Below, piece after piece: positions 31,198-38,536 of a stretch of 64,000 bases of DNA. Source of the DNA: a virus (taxonomy: Duplodnaviria; Heunggongvirae; Uroviricota; Caudoviricetes); IMG/VR virus record IMGVR_UViG_3300046499_000850; one strand, written 5' to 3'. The notes beneath the pieces were generated by a model that did no database searches, had not been told where the DNA came from, and saw nothing but the letters and a program-made list of their open reading frames with translations. Each line of letters starts with the position of its first letter. Within the stretch, counting starts at the first letter, position 1. Made by a program: the position numbers and the translations under genes.

Positions 31198-31911
31198 ATG
31201 GATTATCGCCACTACATCCATGATGGCGAAAAGGCCAAGTCGTATTTGCGTGAAGTCGGGGACAGTCTGGTGACCACTAAGGGTTGCAAGATTGTGATTC
31301 CTGCTCGCTTCGCCGAACGCGGCTTGGCCTATGTGGGTATCGACACCAAAATCATTGGCATCTTCGCTATCATCGTCGAAGACCAGTATTACGGGGTGTC
31401 GCTCACGAACGCCATGATGCGTATCACGCCGAGTTCCACCAACAAAGTCATGTATGACGAAGACGAGTACTACGAGTTCACGTTTGATGCCGGTGCCACG
31501 GTGGTACCGTCGCTGCAACTGGTGAAGATTGACACGCTCGTGTACAACATCTACGACGAGATCATCTCGAAAGGACGGGTACCTTGGTACCTGTCTTACG
31601 AACTGATGGGCATGTTGTTTGACACCGCCAAGGAACATGCGGGTGCCAACATCGGTCAGCAGCAAGAAGTCACCGAACTCATGGTGTCACTGATTGCACG
31701 AGATGCGGATGATCGGGTCAAGTACTATCGTCAGGTGATCGGCGTCGATCCGAAGAAGAAACCTGCCTTCATTCCGCTGCGTAGTGTGGCCTATGCTGCA
31801 ACCAACACCTTGAACAAGCTCGCGGGTAGTTATGCCCGGGATGGTTTGATCTCGGCCTTGGTCACACCGACGGAGCGGGTGGAGCGTCTCGAAGACTTAC
31901 TTCGAAGATAG
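31198..31911 (+). CDS. Conserved protein (phiKZ gp176-like by synteny)
   Basis: 237 aa, upstream of the head protease. Confidence 0.7.
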   Translation: MDYRHYIHDGEKAKSYLREVGDSLVTTKGCKIVIPARFAERGLAYVGIDTKIIGIFAIIVEDQYYGVSLTNAMMRITPSSTNKVMYDEDEYYEFTFDAGATVVPSLQLVKIDTLVYNIYDEIISKGRVPWYLSYELMGMLFDTAKEHAGANIGQQQEVTELMVSLIARDADDRVKYYRQVIGVDPKKKPAFIPLRSVAYAATNTLNKLAGSYARDGLISALVTPTERVERLEDLLRR

Positions 31912-31966
31912 TAAATTATTCCTATTGTGTAGAATGTGATCTAGACTACTACCTTTAGGAATAATT

Positions 31967-32881
31967 GTGGAAAATACAACTGTCGTTGAACTTGATGTCG
32001 TTTTGTGCAATACTCGCAGTTACTACCTCGGTGATCTTTTTAAGGTTGAGATTGGTAACTGCGAGTATTTCTTTCTAAAGGCTGATTTATCATCAATGCC
32101 TAAAAAATTGATGAATCGTTACTATACCGTTAAGACGCCTAGTAACGGAGCTTATGTTTTACAATCATGCAAAACAGGCCATGTTTATTTTGGTAGCGCA
32201 GAAAACGTTTACGATCGAATAACAAAACACAAGTGGATGTTATCCACCAGAATGCATAGCAACCGTGCTTTAACAAAATTAATCGAAGAAGAAGATTTGT
32301 TTGTTAGTGATTTTAACTTAATCGTTATTTTTACTGAAACACGAGATCAGGCTTTTGATCTTGAACAATATTTCCTAGATCGATTTAAAGGTAATGATTT
32401 ACTTTTAAATTCTGGTTTAGATGTTAGAGTGGCAATGCTAGGACGCCCTTTAACGGAAGAGCATAAACAAAAGATCGCCGAAGCAAACCTCGGACGAAAG
32501 TTTTCAGAAGAATCTTTGAAGCGTATGTCGGACGCACGTAGGACTAGCGATAAAGCAAAAGAACAACTTAGCCAGATCCAAAGCGAACGACAAAAGAAAA
32601 TTAACTTAAACGGCGTTTTGTACCAGAGTGTTACAGAAGCTATTAAAGTTACAGGAATTCCAGAATCAGTCTTATTTAAACAAATCAGGAAAGCTGGCAA
32701 ACATATCGTCGACGACGCGTATGTTGTGAGCTATACCAAGCCCAAGCCGAGGAAGGTAATGATCGACAATGTGATTTATGAAAGTATCCGCGATGCTGCC
32801 GATAAGCTTTCTTTAGATCCTGTCGTTATCAAAAATCGTATCCGTTACGGTAAGGTCGTTTATTACGAAAGTGAAGAATGA
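31967..32881 (+). mobile_element. Free-standing GIY-YIG homing endonuclease with NUMOD3/NUMOD1-like DNA-binding motifs
   Basis: GAYVL...VYFGS...DRITKH...LEQYFL...LLN; GRPLTEEHKQKIAEANLGRKFSEESLKRMS; IDNVIYESIRDAA; visibly AT-richer than its flanks; true start may be ATG 32096. Confidence 0.85.
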
Positions 32882-32891
32882 AAAATTAATC

Positions 32892-33692
32892 ATGTTCGCC
32901 AATCCGAATTCTGTCATCTTTGCCTGTACCTCGCTGACTGGTGTCAACAAGGTGGGCAATCTGAAGAAGACGCCCGAGGGCTACTACCCAATGGTGGTGG
33001 GGGCTCTGAACGTCTTTAACTCCGGTGGTCAATTTTACCCCATCAACAACGAAGTGAAGGCGCTGTTCGAAGAGTCTAGTTCCTTCATGCGTCGCGTCCA
33101 ACGGGGCGCCCTGCGCGGTGAGATGGGTCACCCGAAGCCGGGTCCACGCAGCCTCAACCCGCAAGAGCAGCGCGTCCGCGATCAAGAGTTCGTACGCCGT
33201 AACCTCTCGATCTACGAAGAACGTGTGTGCTGCCACCACATGAGGATCTGGCTCGACTTCGACTCCGTCAAGGACAAGGATGGCAAGCCGGTGATTTCGA
33301 TCATGTCGCTGGTCAAACCCAGTGGCGAACTCGGCCATGTGCTGGAAAAGCAACTGGAGAATCCGCACGAAAACGTGTGCTTCTCGATCCGCTCATTCAC
33401 CGACAACAAAACCCGCTTCGGCATCGAAGAGCGTACGCTCAAAGAGATCGTCACGTTTGACTACGTGAACGAACCGGGGATTGCGACCGCTGAACGCTGG
33501 AAGTCGCCGTCGCTGGAATCTGGCTTCGAGATGGAGATGTCCCGTGGCCTGCTCGATAGTGCGATTCTGATGAACCGCCCGTCGAACGTGTCGCACGAGT
33601 CAGTCATCGTCACGCCGGATGCGCTGTACAATTCGATGGGGTGGAACCTGCCGAATCAATCTGCACGCCGTCTCCCCTCACGGGGTTGGTAA
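32892..33692 (+). CDS. Prohead (head maturation) serine protease (phiKZ gp175-like)
   Basis: GALNVFNS, LRGEMGHP (His), FSIRS (Ser), TFDYVNEPGI; C-terminal SLE/SHE possible self-cleavage sites. Confidence 0.88.
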   Translation: MFANPNSVIFACTSLTGVNKVGNLKKTPEGYYPMVVGALNVFNSGGQFYPINNEVKALFEESSSFMRRVQRGALRGEMGHPKPGPRSLNPQEQRVRDQEFVRRNLSIYEERVCCHHMRIWLDFDSVKDKDGKPVISIMSLVKPSGELGHVLEKQLENPHENVCFSIRSFTDNKTRFGIEERTLKEIVTFDYVNEPGIATAERWKSPSLESGFEMEMSRGLLDSAILMNRPSNVSHESVIVTPDALYNSMGWNLPNQSARRLPSRGW

Positions 33693-33699
33693 GCTAATG

Positions 33700-33723
33700 C
33701 CCTCCATCCCTCGGGGTGGAGGG
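33700..33723 (+). terminator. Terminator hairpin
   Basis: CCCTCCATCCC...GGGGTGGAGGG, followed by TATGCCG. Confidence 0.65.
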
Positions 33724-33747
33724 TGTTATGCCGTATGGCGCTAAACT

Positions 33748-33768
33748 CTTTTGACACTATATCACTTA
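33748..33768 (+). promoter_or_regulatory. Putative early promoter (TATATCAC)
   Basis: TTTTGACACTATATCAC, core at 33758-33765. Confidence 0.5.
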
Positions 33769-33876
33769 ACTGAACTCGCAATGAGAAAGTTAACACATTG
33801 CAAAAAAGTGATATTAAAATAGTCGTCGTTCTCTTGGTATAGAGAGCATTACCCAAACAAACCTGAGGAAACTGAA

Positions 33877-34551
33877 TTGAAGATCAAAGGTAGCGGCCCG
33901 CTCAAAGACTGTGTGCTGGAATTCAATGGCCATGACCACAAAATCTCTCTCGTTCAAAGCAAAGCGACTGCTGAGAGAATCGAAGTAAAACTCGCTGAGA
34001 TTGATCTGGCGGGCTCGCTGGGAATCCGTCCTATGAATCATGACGCAGATCAAGAGGACGCCATCCTCATCAAGCACCATGGCAAGTTCCAGATTCTGTT
34101 GGGTCGTGATTCGGTCATCGATGGTTTCTCATCATTGCCGGTGGTGGCGATTAAAGCTCGTCTGATTTCATCGGTCGCCCTGAAAGCGGCACGGGTCGTG
34201 AAGGAACAACCGGCTCCGCCTGCCGCAGCGCCATTCAACCCGCCACGGTTCACGGACAACCGTGCACCGGGCGCAGCAAACCGTTACCCACCCCGCTACG
34301 GCGACCGTTCCACGGCGCCACGTGACAGCGATTACGGTAACCGGCCGCGTGAATCAACCAGCGGTCGCGACGCGTGGAACCGTCCGTATAACAGCAACCC
34401 GCGTTATGGCTCGGCCAACGCTGGCCCGGCGCCAGAACGCACGCGCACCTACGACCATATCCGCAACGACGCTGCGCGCTCAGCCGCGAGCTACCCGCCC
34501 AGCGGCAACCGCCAGACGTACGGCAAACCGCATAAAAAGACTTATCCGTAA
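33877..34551 (+). CDS. Hypothetical protein with disordered R/P/Y/N/G-rich C-terminus
   Basis: TTG start with GAGG RBS; low-complexity tail. Confidence 0.65.
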   Translation: MKIKGSGPLKDCVLEFNGHDHKISLVQSKATAERIEVKLAEIDLAGSLGIRPMNHDADQEDAILIKHHGKFQILLGRDSVIDGFSSLPVVAIKARLISSVALKAARVVKEQPAPPAAAPFNPPRFTDNRAPGAANRYPPRYGDRSTAPRDSDYGNRPRESTSGRDAWNRPYNSNPRYGSANAGPAPERTRTYDHIRNDAARSAASYPPSGNRQTYGKPHKKTYP

Positions 34552-34619
34552 CACCGCAGTAACTACCACCTTGTAATCTGTTTAACCCTGTCGTACATAC
34601 CACCAAAAAGGAACGCAAC

Positions 34620-35129
34620 ATGAGCACCGAAAAATCCACCGACATCAAACTGAATCCGGCCGTCGACGAAATGTCGAGCAAGATCTACGAAGCCATCTCG
34701 GTCGCCAAGACCGGTGACGTCGAAGGTACCGACAACGTCTACGAGAGCACACTGCCCGTCGACCTGCCGGCCGAGATCGTCAAGCGCGTCAACGCCCACA
34801 ACGAACTGTTCATGGCTGCCGCCTACAACGCCACCGGCGACGCTGCGCGCGCTGCTGCCAAGGACAACCCCGGCCTGAAGCAAGTGAACGCCACGTTCGG
34901 CATGCTGGGTCGCAACAAGCTGGACGTCCAGTGGGACCGCGAAGTCGAGCGCAATGCCGGCATCGCCGAAAAGGGCCAGGTCGCCCCGAAGAAAACCGTG
35001 TACGGCGCCATGTCCGGCAAGCTGACCGTCGCCGGCACCGACACCGGTTCGGGTGAACTGAAGAAGGTCGCAATGCGCCAGAAGCAAGCCGCCTTCGACA
35101 TGTTCTCGCCAGCCACCACCGCAGCCTAA
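34620..35129 (+). CDS. Hypothetical, probably highly expressed protein
   Basis: AAGGA RBS, strong C-ending codon bias. Confidence 0.75.
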   Translation: MSTEKSTDIKLNPAVDEMSSKIYEAISVAKTGDVEGTDNVYESTLPVDLPAEIVKRVNAHNELFMAAAYNATGDAARAAAKDNPGLKQVNATFGMLGRNKLDVQWDREVERNAGIAEKGQVAPKKTVYGAMSGKLTVAGTDTGSGELKKVAMRQKQAAFDMFSPATTAA

Positions 35130-35134
35130 GCAAC

Positions 35135-35890
35135 GCCGGCCTGGGTCGACGAGGGAATGGGTAGAGCTCACCAGGCACGCCTACATTTCCTATCGGCCTC
35201 ACCGCCAAAAGAAATCAACCGAGGGAACAGGGTTGTACGTTATCTTCGCGGTTAGCGTATAGCCCGGCCTTGGTTGGGGACGTGGCACCGTCCTGTGAGC
35301 CGCTGTTGCGGTAAGTGTCACATCAGTAGTACCTGCCAGTAGTACCTGCGAAGTCGGAAAGGTAGCTGCAACCTAAGCGTCGGCGCGCCACGTGTGGCAG
35401 CGCTCATGCGAATGACAGTTTTGAAACTAAGGGAACCGACCCCTATTGCAGCATCAGCAGTAACCCAGAGTTCCGGCTATGATCTATAATTCACATGTGG
35501 TATCGCGATTATAGAGATACGGCTAGGATGGCTAGGTCAATTCTGTATTCCGTCTAGATCACACTTCTGTATTGCGTAAAGGTGCAATGCGGGGTGTGGT
35601 GGTCGGATGCAGTACACGACTCTGGGTAGCAGTAAACCCGTTGCGGGACTAACCCGCAGCCGGGCGTAGCAAACTTCTAGCCGGTGGAGCGGTGCCCAAA
35701 TTGGTAAACGGACGAGGTAAAGTAGTTGTCGGGTATTGAAGGGCTTTGGCCTGCAAAACAATACTTGTGCTTTACGCTTACGGTCGAAAGACTTACGGGT
35801 TCGAGTCCCGTCCCTTTATCGGCTAGTTGTAAAGGAGTCCATGTTCTTCTTCCCCTCGCAAGAGAAAAGACCTCTGGTCGAACATGGTTT
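35135..35890 (+). ncRNA. Putative large structured ncRNA or ncRNA array
   Basis: No credible ORF; successive long helices with G-U pairs; recurrent YAGYWGYA linkers; ends at a UUCG-loop terminator. Confidence 0.6.
35677..35826 (+). ncRNA. tRNA-like (class II) domain with expanded anticodon arm, no CCA
   Basis: D-arm GTGCCCAAATTGGTAAACGG, variable arm GGTCGAAAGACT, T-arm ACGGG-TTCGAGT-CCCGT, closing stem CTAGCCGGTGGAG/CTTTATCGGCTAG. Confidence 0.6.
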
Positions 35891-35897
35891 GTGGATA

Positions 35898-35946
35898 CCC
35901 GCGCTGGTCTTCGGACTGGCGCGGGCGTCTATGCTGTTTATTTTTT
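35898..35946 (+). terminator. Intrinsic terminator
   Basis: CCCGCGCTGGTC-TTCG-GACTGGCGCGGG, then TATGCTG and a T-rich tract. Confidence 0.75.
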
Positions 35947-36031
35947 CTTCCCTAGGAGACACACCCTCAGCCAGCACGCTATCGTTGTCACGAACTGAAA
36001 CCTTTATTGTTGTACAATTTTGGAGAACAGT

Positions 36032-36529
36032 ATGTCCGACGACACTTTTATGCGCATCAGCAAGATCAAAGGCGGTTCCACCGATCACGAACACAAGGAC
36101 TGGATTAATGCGTGGGATCTCAGAATGGGGTTCTCGCAACCACGGTCCCCGGTCGCATCTACCGCTGGTGGCATGACAACGAGCAAAACCGTGCATAGGC
36201 CCTTGATCATCTCCAAGGGACTCGATCTCGCTTCGGCACAACTGATGCAGAACTGCTGCTCGGGCGAAACGATGGAAGAGATTATCATTGAGCGTTTCCG
36301 GGCGAACGGCGAGAAACGCGTCAAGTACATGGAGGTACGGATCTACAACGCCATCGTGAACAACATCGATCCATACTCCATCGACAACTACATGGCAGAA
36401 CAGATCGCTTTCGTCTACAGCAAGATCGGCTGGCGGCAAACCATCATGAGCGACGAAGGCCGTGAGCTCGGCAATACCTCGGGTGGCTGGGATTTGGGCA
36501 CCAACCGACCCTTTACCTTTGCGAGGTGA
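36032..36529 (+). CDS. hcp: Type VI secretion tube protein Hcp/TssD
   Basis: IKGGSTDHEHKDWI, SQPRSPVASTAGG, ISKGLDLASAQLMQNCCSG, RVKYMEV, EQIAFVYSKIGW, GNTSGGWDLGTNR; 165 aa; GGAG RBS. Confidence 0.9.
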   Translation: MSDDTFMRISKIKGGSTDHEHKDWINAWDLRMGFSQPRSPVASTAGGMTTSKTVHRPLIISKGLDLASAQLMQNCCSGETMEEIIIERFRANGEKRVKYMEVRIYNAIVNNIDPYSIDNYMAEQIAFVYSKIGWRQTIMSDEGRELGNTSGGWDLGTNRPFTFAR

Positions 36530-36531
36530 GT

Positions 36532-36900
36532 ATGAAACGGTTGATTGCGATTGCTTTGCTGTTGCCTTGGGTGATGCTCAAAGCTGGCCCGCTATCCGAG
36601 AGCGTGACGGTCGAATCATTTCTCCAGGACTTTCGACCAACGCCTGAAGCTAACGAGCGCCCCCGCACACCAGAAGAATTTGTGCGCTATCAAAAAGCGC
36701 AAGGATTCGTGGATGGGGTCAAAGATGTGACGGAAAAGATCACGTGGTGCGCTGAGCCTACGGTGAAAGTCGTTGAGCTCGACAGCGAGATTTACCACGG
36801 ACTTCAGAAACTCACTGGTCCCCAGAAAAAGCAACGAGCAGGACCAGCCATCAAAAAGCAACTTCAACACCTTTACCCGTGTAAGGAGAAACATCCATGA
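36532..36900 (+). CDS. Rap1a/Tai-family T6SS amidase immunity protein
   Basis: Sec signal peptide; GFVDGVKD...WC...A...L..LYPC pattern; adjacent to the Tae4 gene. Confidence 0.8.
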   Translation: MKRLIAIALLLPWVMLKAGPLSESVTVESFLQDFRPTPEANERPRTPEEFVRYQKAQGFVDGVKDVTEKITWCAEPTVKVVELDSEIYHGLQKLTGPQKKQRAGPAIKKQLQHLYPCKEKHP

Positions 36901-37373
36901 GTCGACCCAGTTACTTGCGGATGTACTCCAACTACCCACGCACCAGTCTTACCCACGATGATCTATTTGCTAGTCTGGGATGGCAGAGCATCATGCGCCA
37001 GCCGGAATACCACAACACCTGTGCGATCCGCATGTCTGTTGCATGTCTGACGGTGGGTGTGCGGTTTCCTCGGGGTGGTTTGGTGATTCAGTCTGGGGTA
37101 TTCAAAGGTCTGCGGTTGGAGCCCAGCCAAGCCAAGTTGTCCCACATGCTGGCTGAGATGTGGGGGGAACCGGAGAAATTTGACAGCCATGATTTTACTG
37201 AGGCCAAGTTTGGCAAACGGCACGGGGTGGCGTCATTCTTCAAGATCGATGGCGTGCACAACCAAGGTCATATCGACTTGATTGAACCGTTGGGTAATAC
37301 CTACCACTCATGCATCATGTCGGTAGGGTGCTATTTCGCTTCGTCCAGTATCTGGTTCTGGGAATTGCCATAA
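36897..37373 (+). CDS. tae4: T6SS peptidoglycan amidase effector, Tae4 (Ssp1/Ssp2) family
   Basis: Catalytic NTCAIRMS and GHIDL motifs, C-terminal CYF...IWFWEL; no signal peptide; ATGA overlap. Confidence 0.88.
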   Translation: MSRPSYLRMYSNYPRTSLTHDDLFASLGWQSIMRQPEYHNTCAIRMSVACLTVGVRFPRGGLVIQSGVFKGLRLEPSQAKLSHMLAEMWGEPEKFDSHDFTEAKFGKRHGVASFFKIDGVHNQGHIDLIEPLGNTYHSCIMSVGCYFASSSIWFWELP

Positions 37374-37380
37374 TCACCAA

Positions 37381-37428
37381 CCCTCTTCCCGTGAAGGGAA
37401 GAGGGAGTATGACATCTATTTTTTTTTT
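37381..37428 (+). terminator. Intrinsic terminator of the hcp cassette
   Basis: CCCTCTTCCC-GTGAA-GGGAAGAGGG, then TATG and a T run. Confidence 0.75.
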
Positions 37429-37535
37429 GTTGTTAGGAACGTTTTAAGGCGTTTATTTCCTAAGTGCACAAGAATCTACTCAGCGGTATAAATAACGTCT
37501 CCTAGGGGCCTTAGAATCGCTTACACGGCATAATA

Positions 37536-37565
37536 CCCATCCATCCCACGCCGGGGATGGATGGG
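37536..37565 (-). terminator. Terminator of the tail tube gene
   Basis: CCCATCCATCCC...GGGATGGATGGG. Confidence 0.7.
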
Positions 37566-37579
37566 ATATATGACGTCAG

Positions 37580-38464
37580 TTAGACGTTGGTCTGACGTTG
37601 CGCCACAGCCTGCACGCTGGCGTCGAAACCGGTCAGGTTCGCAGCCTTCACGTCGGCACTGATCTGGTTGATCATTGCCTGCTTCATGAGCGGGTTGGCA
37701 CCCACGTAGTTGATGGTGTTCAGGATCTGCTGAGCGAACGCATCGACGCCGGCACCGACTTGTTGCAGGGCGGTGAACGACAGGTCAACGGTTTGGGTCT
37801 GCATGTCTTGGGTCTTGTCGGCCGAACCGACGATGTCGCCGGTACCTTCCGGGAACATGTTGAAGCACAGCCAAGCCTGCTGCACCTTGCGGCCGAACGC
37901 ATCTGGTTCGATGTACAGCACGGTCATGGTGGTTTGGTCGGCCAACAGGTCCGGGGCTTGACCGCCGAGCGACTGGAAAGCCGGCAGGGTGGTGACCATC
38001 GGGAACTTGGTGTCCGGGTCCATACCAGCGTAGGTCATCCAGGTCTCGATCAGGCGCTGGATCGGGCGACCGTAACGCTCGATGTACGAGTGCTTCGGCT
38101 GCGATTCAGCACGCTTGATGTTGGTCAGGTCACGCTGGGTTTGACCGGAACCACCGAACGCGTTTTCAGCGAACGAAGCGGTCAGGCCGCGGTTCAGACC
38201 TTCGACGTTCAGCCACTGGGTTTCGATCAGGGCACGCAGCGCCGAGATGTACTTGTCCGAGTTCGGGAAATACTTGAACAGGGCCGGGGCTTCGATGAGG
38301 ATCGGGATGAGGTGACGACGGACGTACGCTTGGTTGTTGACAAACGCCGCGTAGTCGGGAGCCCAGCCCATCTGACCGCCATAGGTCAGGTCAGCCATGG
38401 GAGCATTTGCACCCAGACCGTAAGCTGTGCCCGACTGCAAAATGGCACCATTTTGACGGGTCAT
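37580..38464 (-). CDS. Tail tube protein (phiKZ gp30-like)
   Basis: 294 aa directly downstream of the sheath; ERYGRPI, VLYIEPD, AWLCFNMFP. Confidence 0.8.
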   Translation of the reverse strand: MTRQNGAILQSGTAYGLGANAPMADLTYGGQMGWAPDYAAFVNNQAYVRRHLIPILIEAPALFKYFPNSDKYISALRALIETQWLNVEGLNRGLTASFAENAFGGSGQTQRDLTNIKRAESQPKHSYIERYGRPIQRLIETWMTYAGMDPDTKFPMVTTLPAFQSLGGQAPDLLADQTTMTVLYIEPDAFGRKVQQAWLCFNMFPEGTGDIVGSADKTQDMQTQTVDLSFTALQQVGAGVDAFAQQILNTINYVGANPLMKQAMINQISADVKAANLTGFDASVQAVAQRQTNV

Positions 38465-38488
38465 GTTTCTATACCTTTTTAGATAAAG

Positions 38489-38518
38489 AGATCTAGGCGG
38501 CTTTCACCGCCTAGATCT
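38489..38518 (-). terminator. Hairpin between sheath and tube genes
   Basis: AGATCTAGGCGG...CCGCCTAGATCT. Confidence 0.55.
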
Positions 38519-38536
38519 GATTTAGGTGAACCGGGA

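Noticed and set aside
35324-35349. CAGTAGTACCTGC tandem repeat as a CRISPR array
   Set aside because: Only two adjacent 13-nt copies, no spacers, no cas genes
35345-35372. Resemblance of GTCGGAAAGGTAGCTGC to the SRP RNA conserved loop
   Set aside because: Flanking SRP helix pairing not found; match too short
35677-35826. Functional tRNA or tmRNA call
   Set aside because: No canonical anticodon loop, no CCA, no tmRNA-type GGGG.../...CCACCA ends or tag frame
35980-36020. Host sigma70 promoter for hcp (TTGTCA...TACAAT)
   Set aside because: Spacing is 22 nt and there is no proper extended -10; not supportable
35537-36176. ORFs 35537-35761, 35726-35998 and 35736-36176
   Set aside because: They run through RNA helices and a terminator, with atypical composition and no convincing starts
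36032-37373. Interpretation of the window as a bacterial T6SS locus or prophage boundary
   Set aside because: Both flanks are core jumbo-phage genes, the cassette is bounded by the same hairpin-plus-TATG terminators used across the window, and no integrase or other tss genes are present; read-level confirmation is still needed
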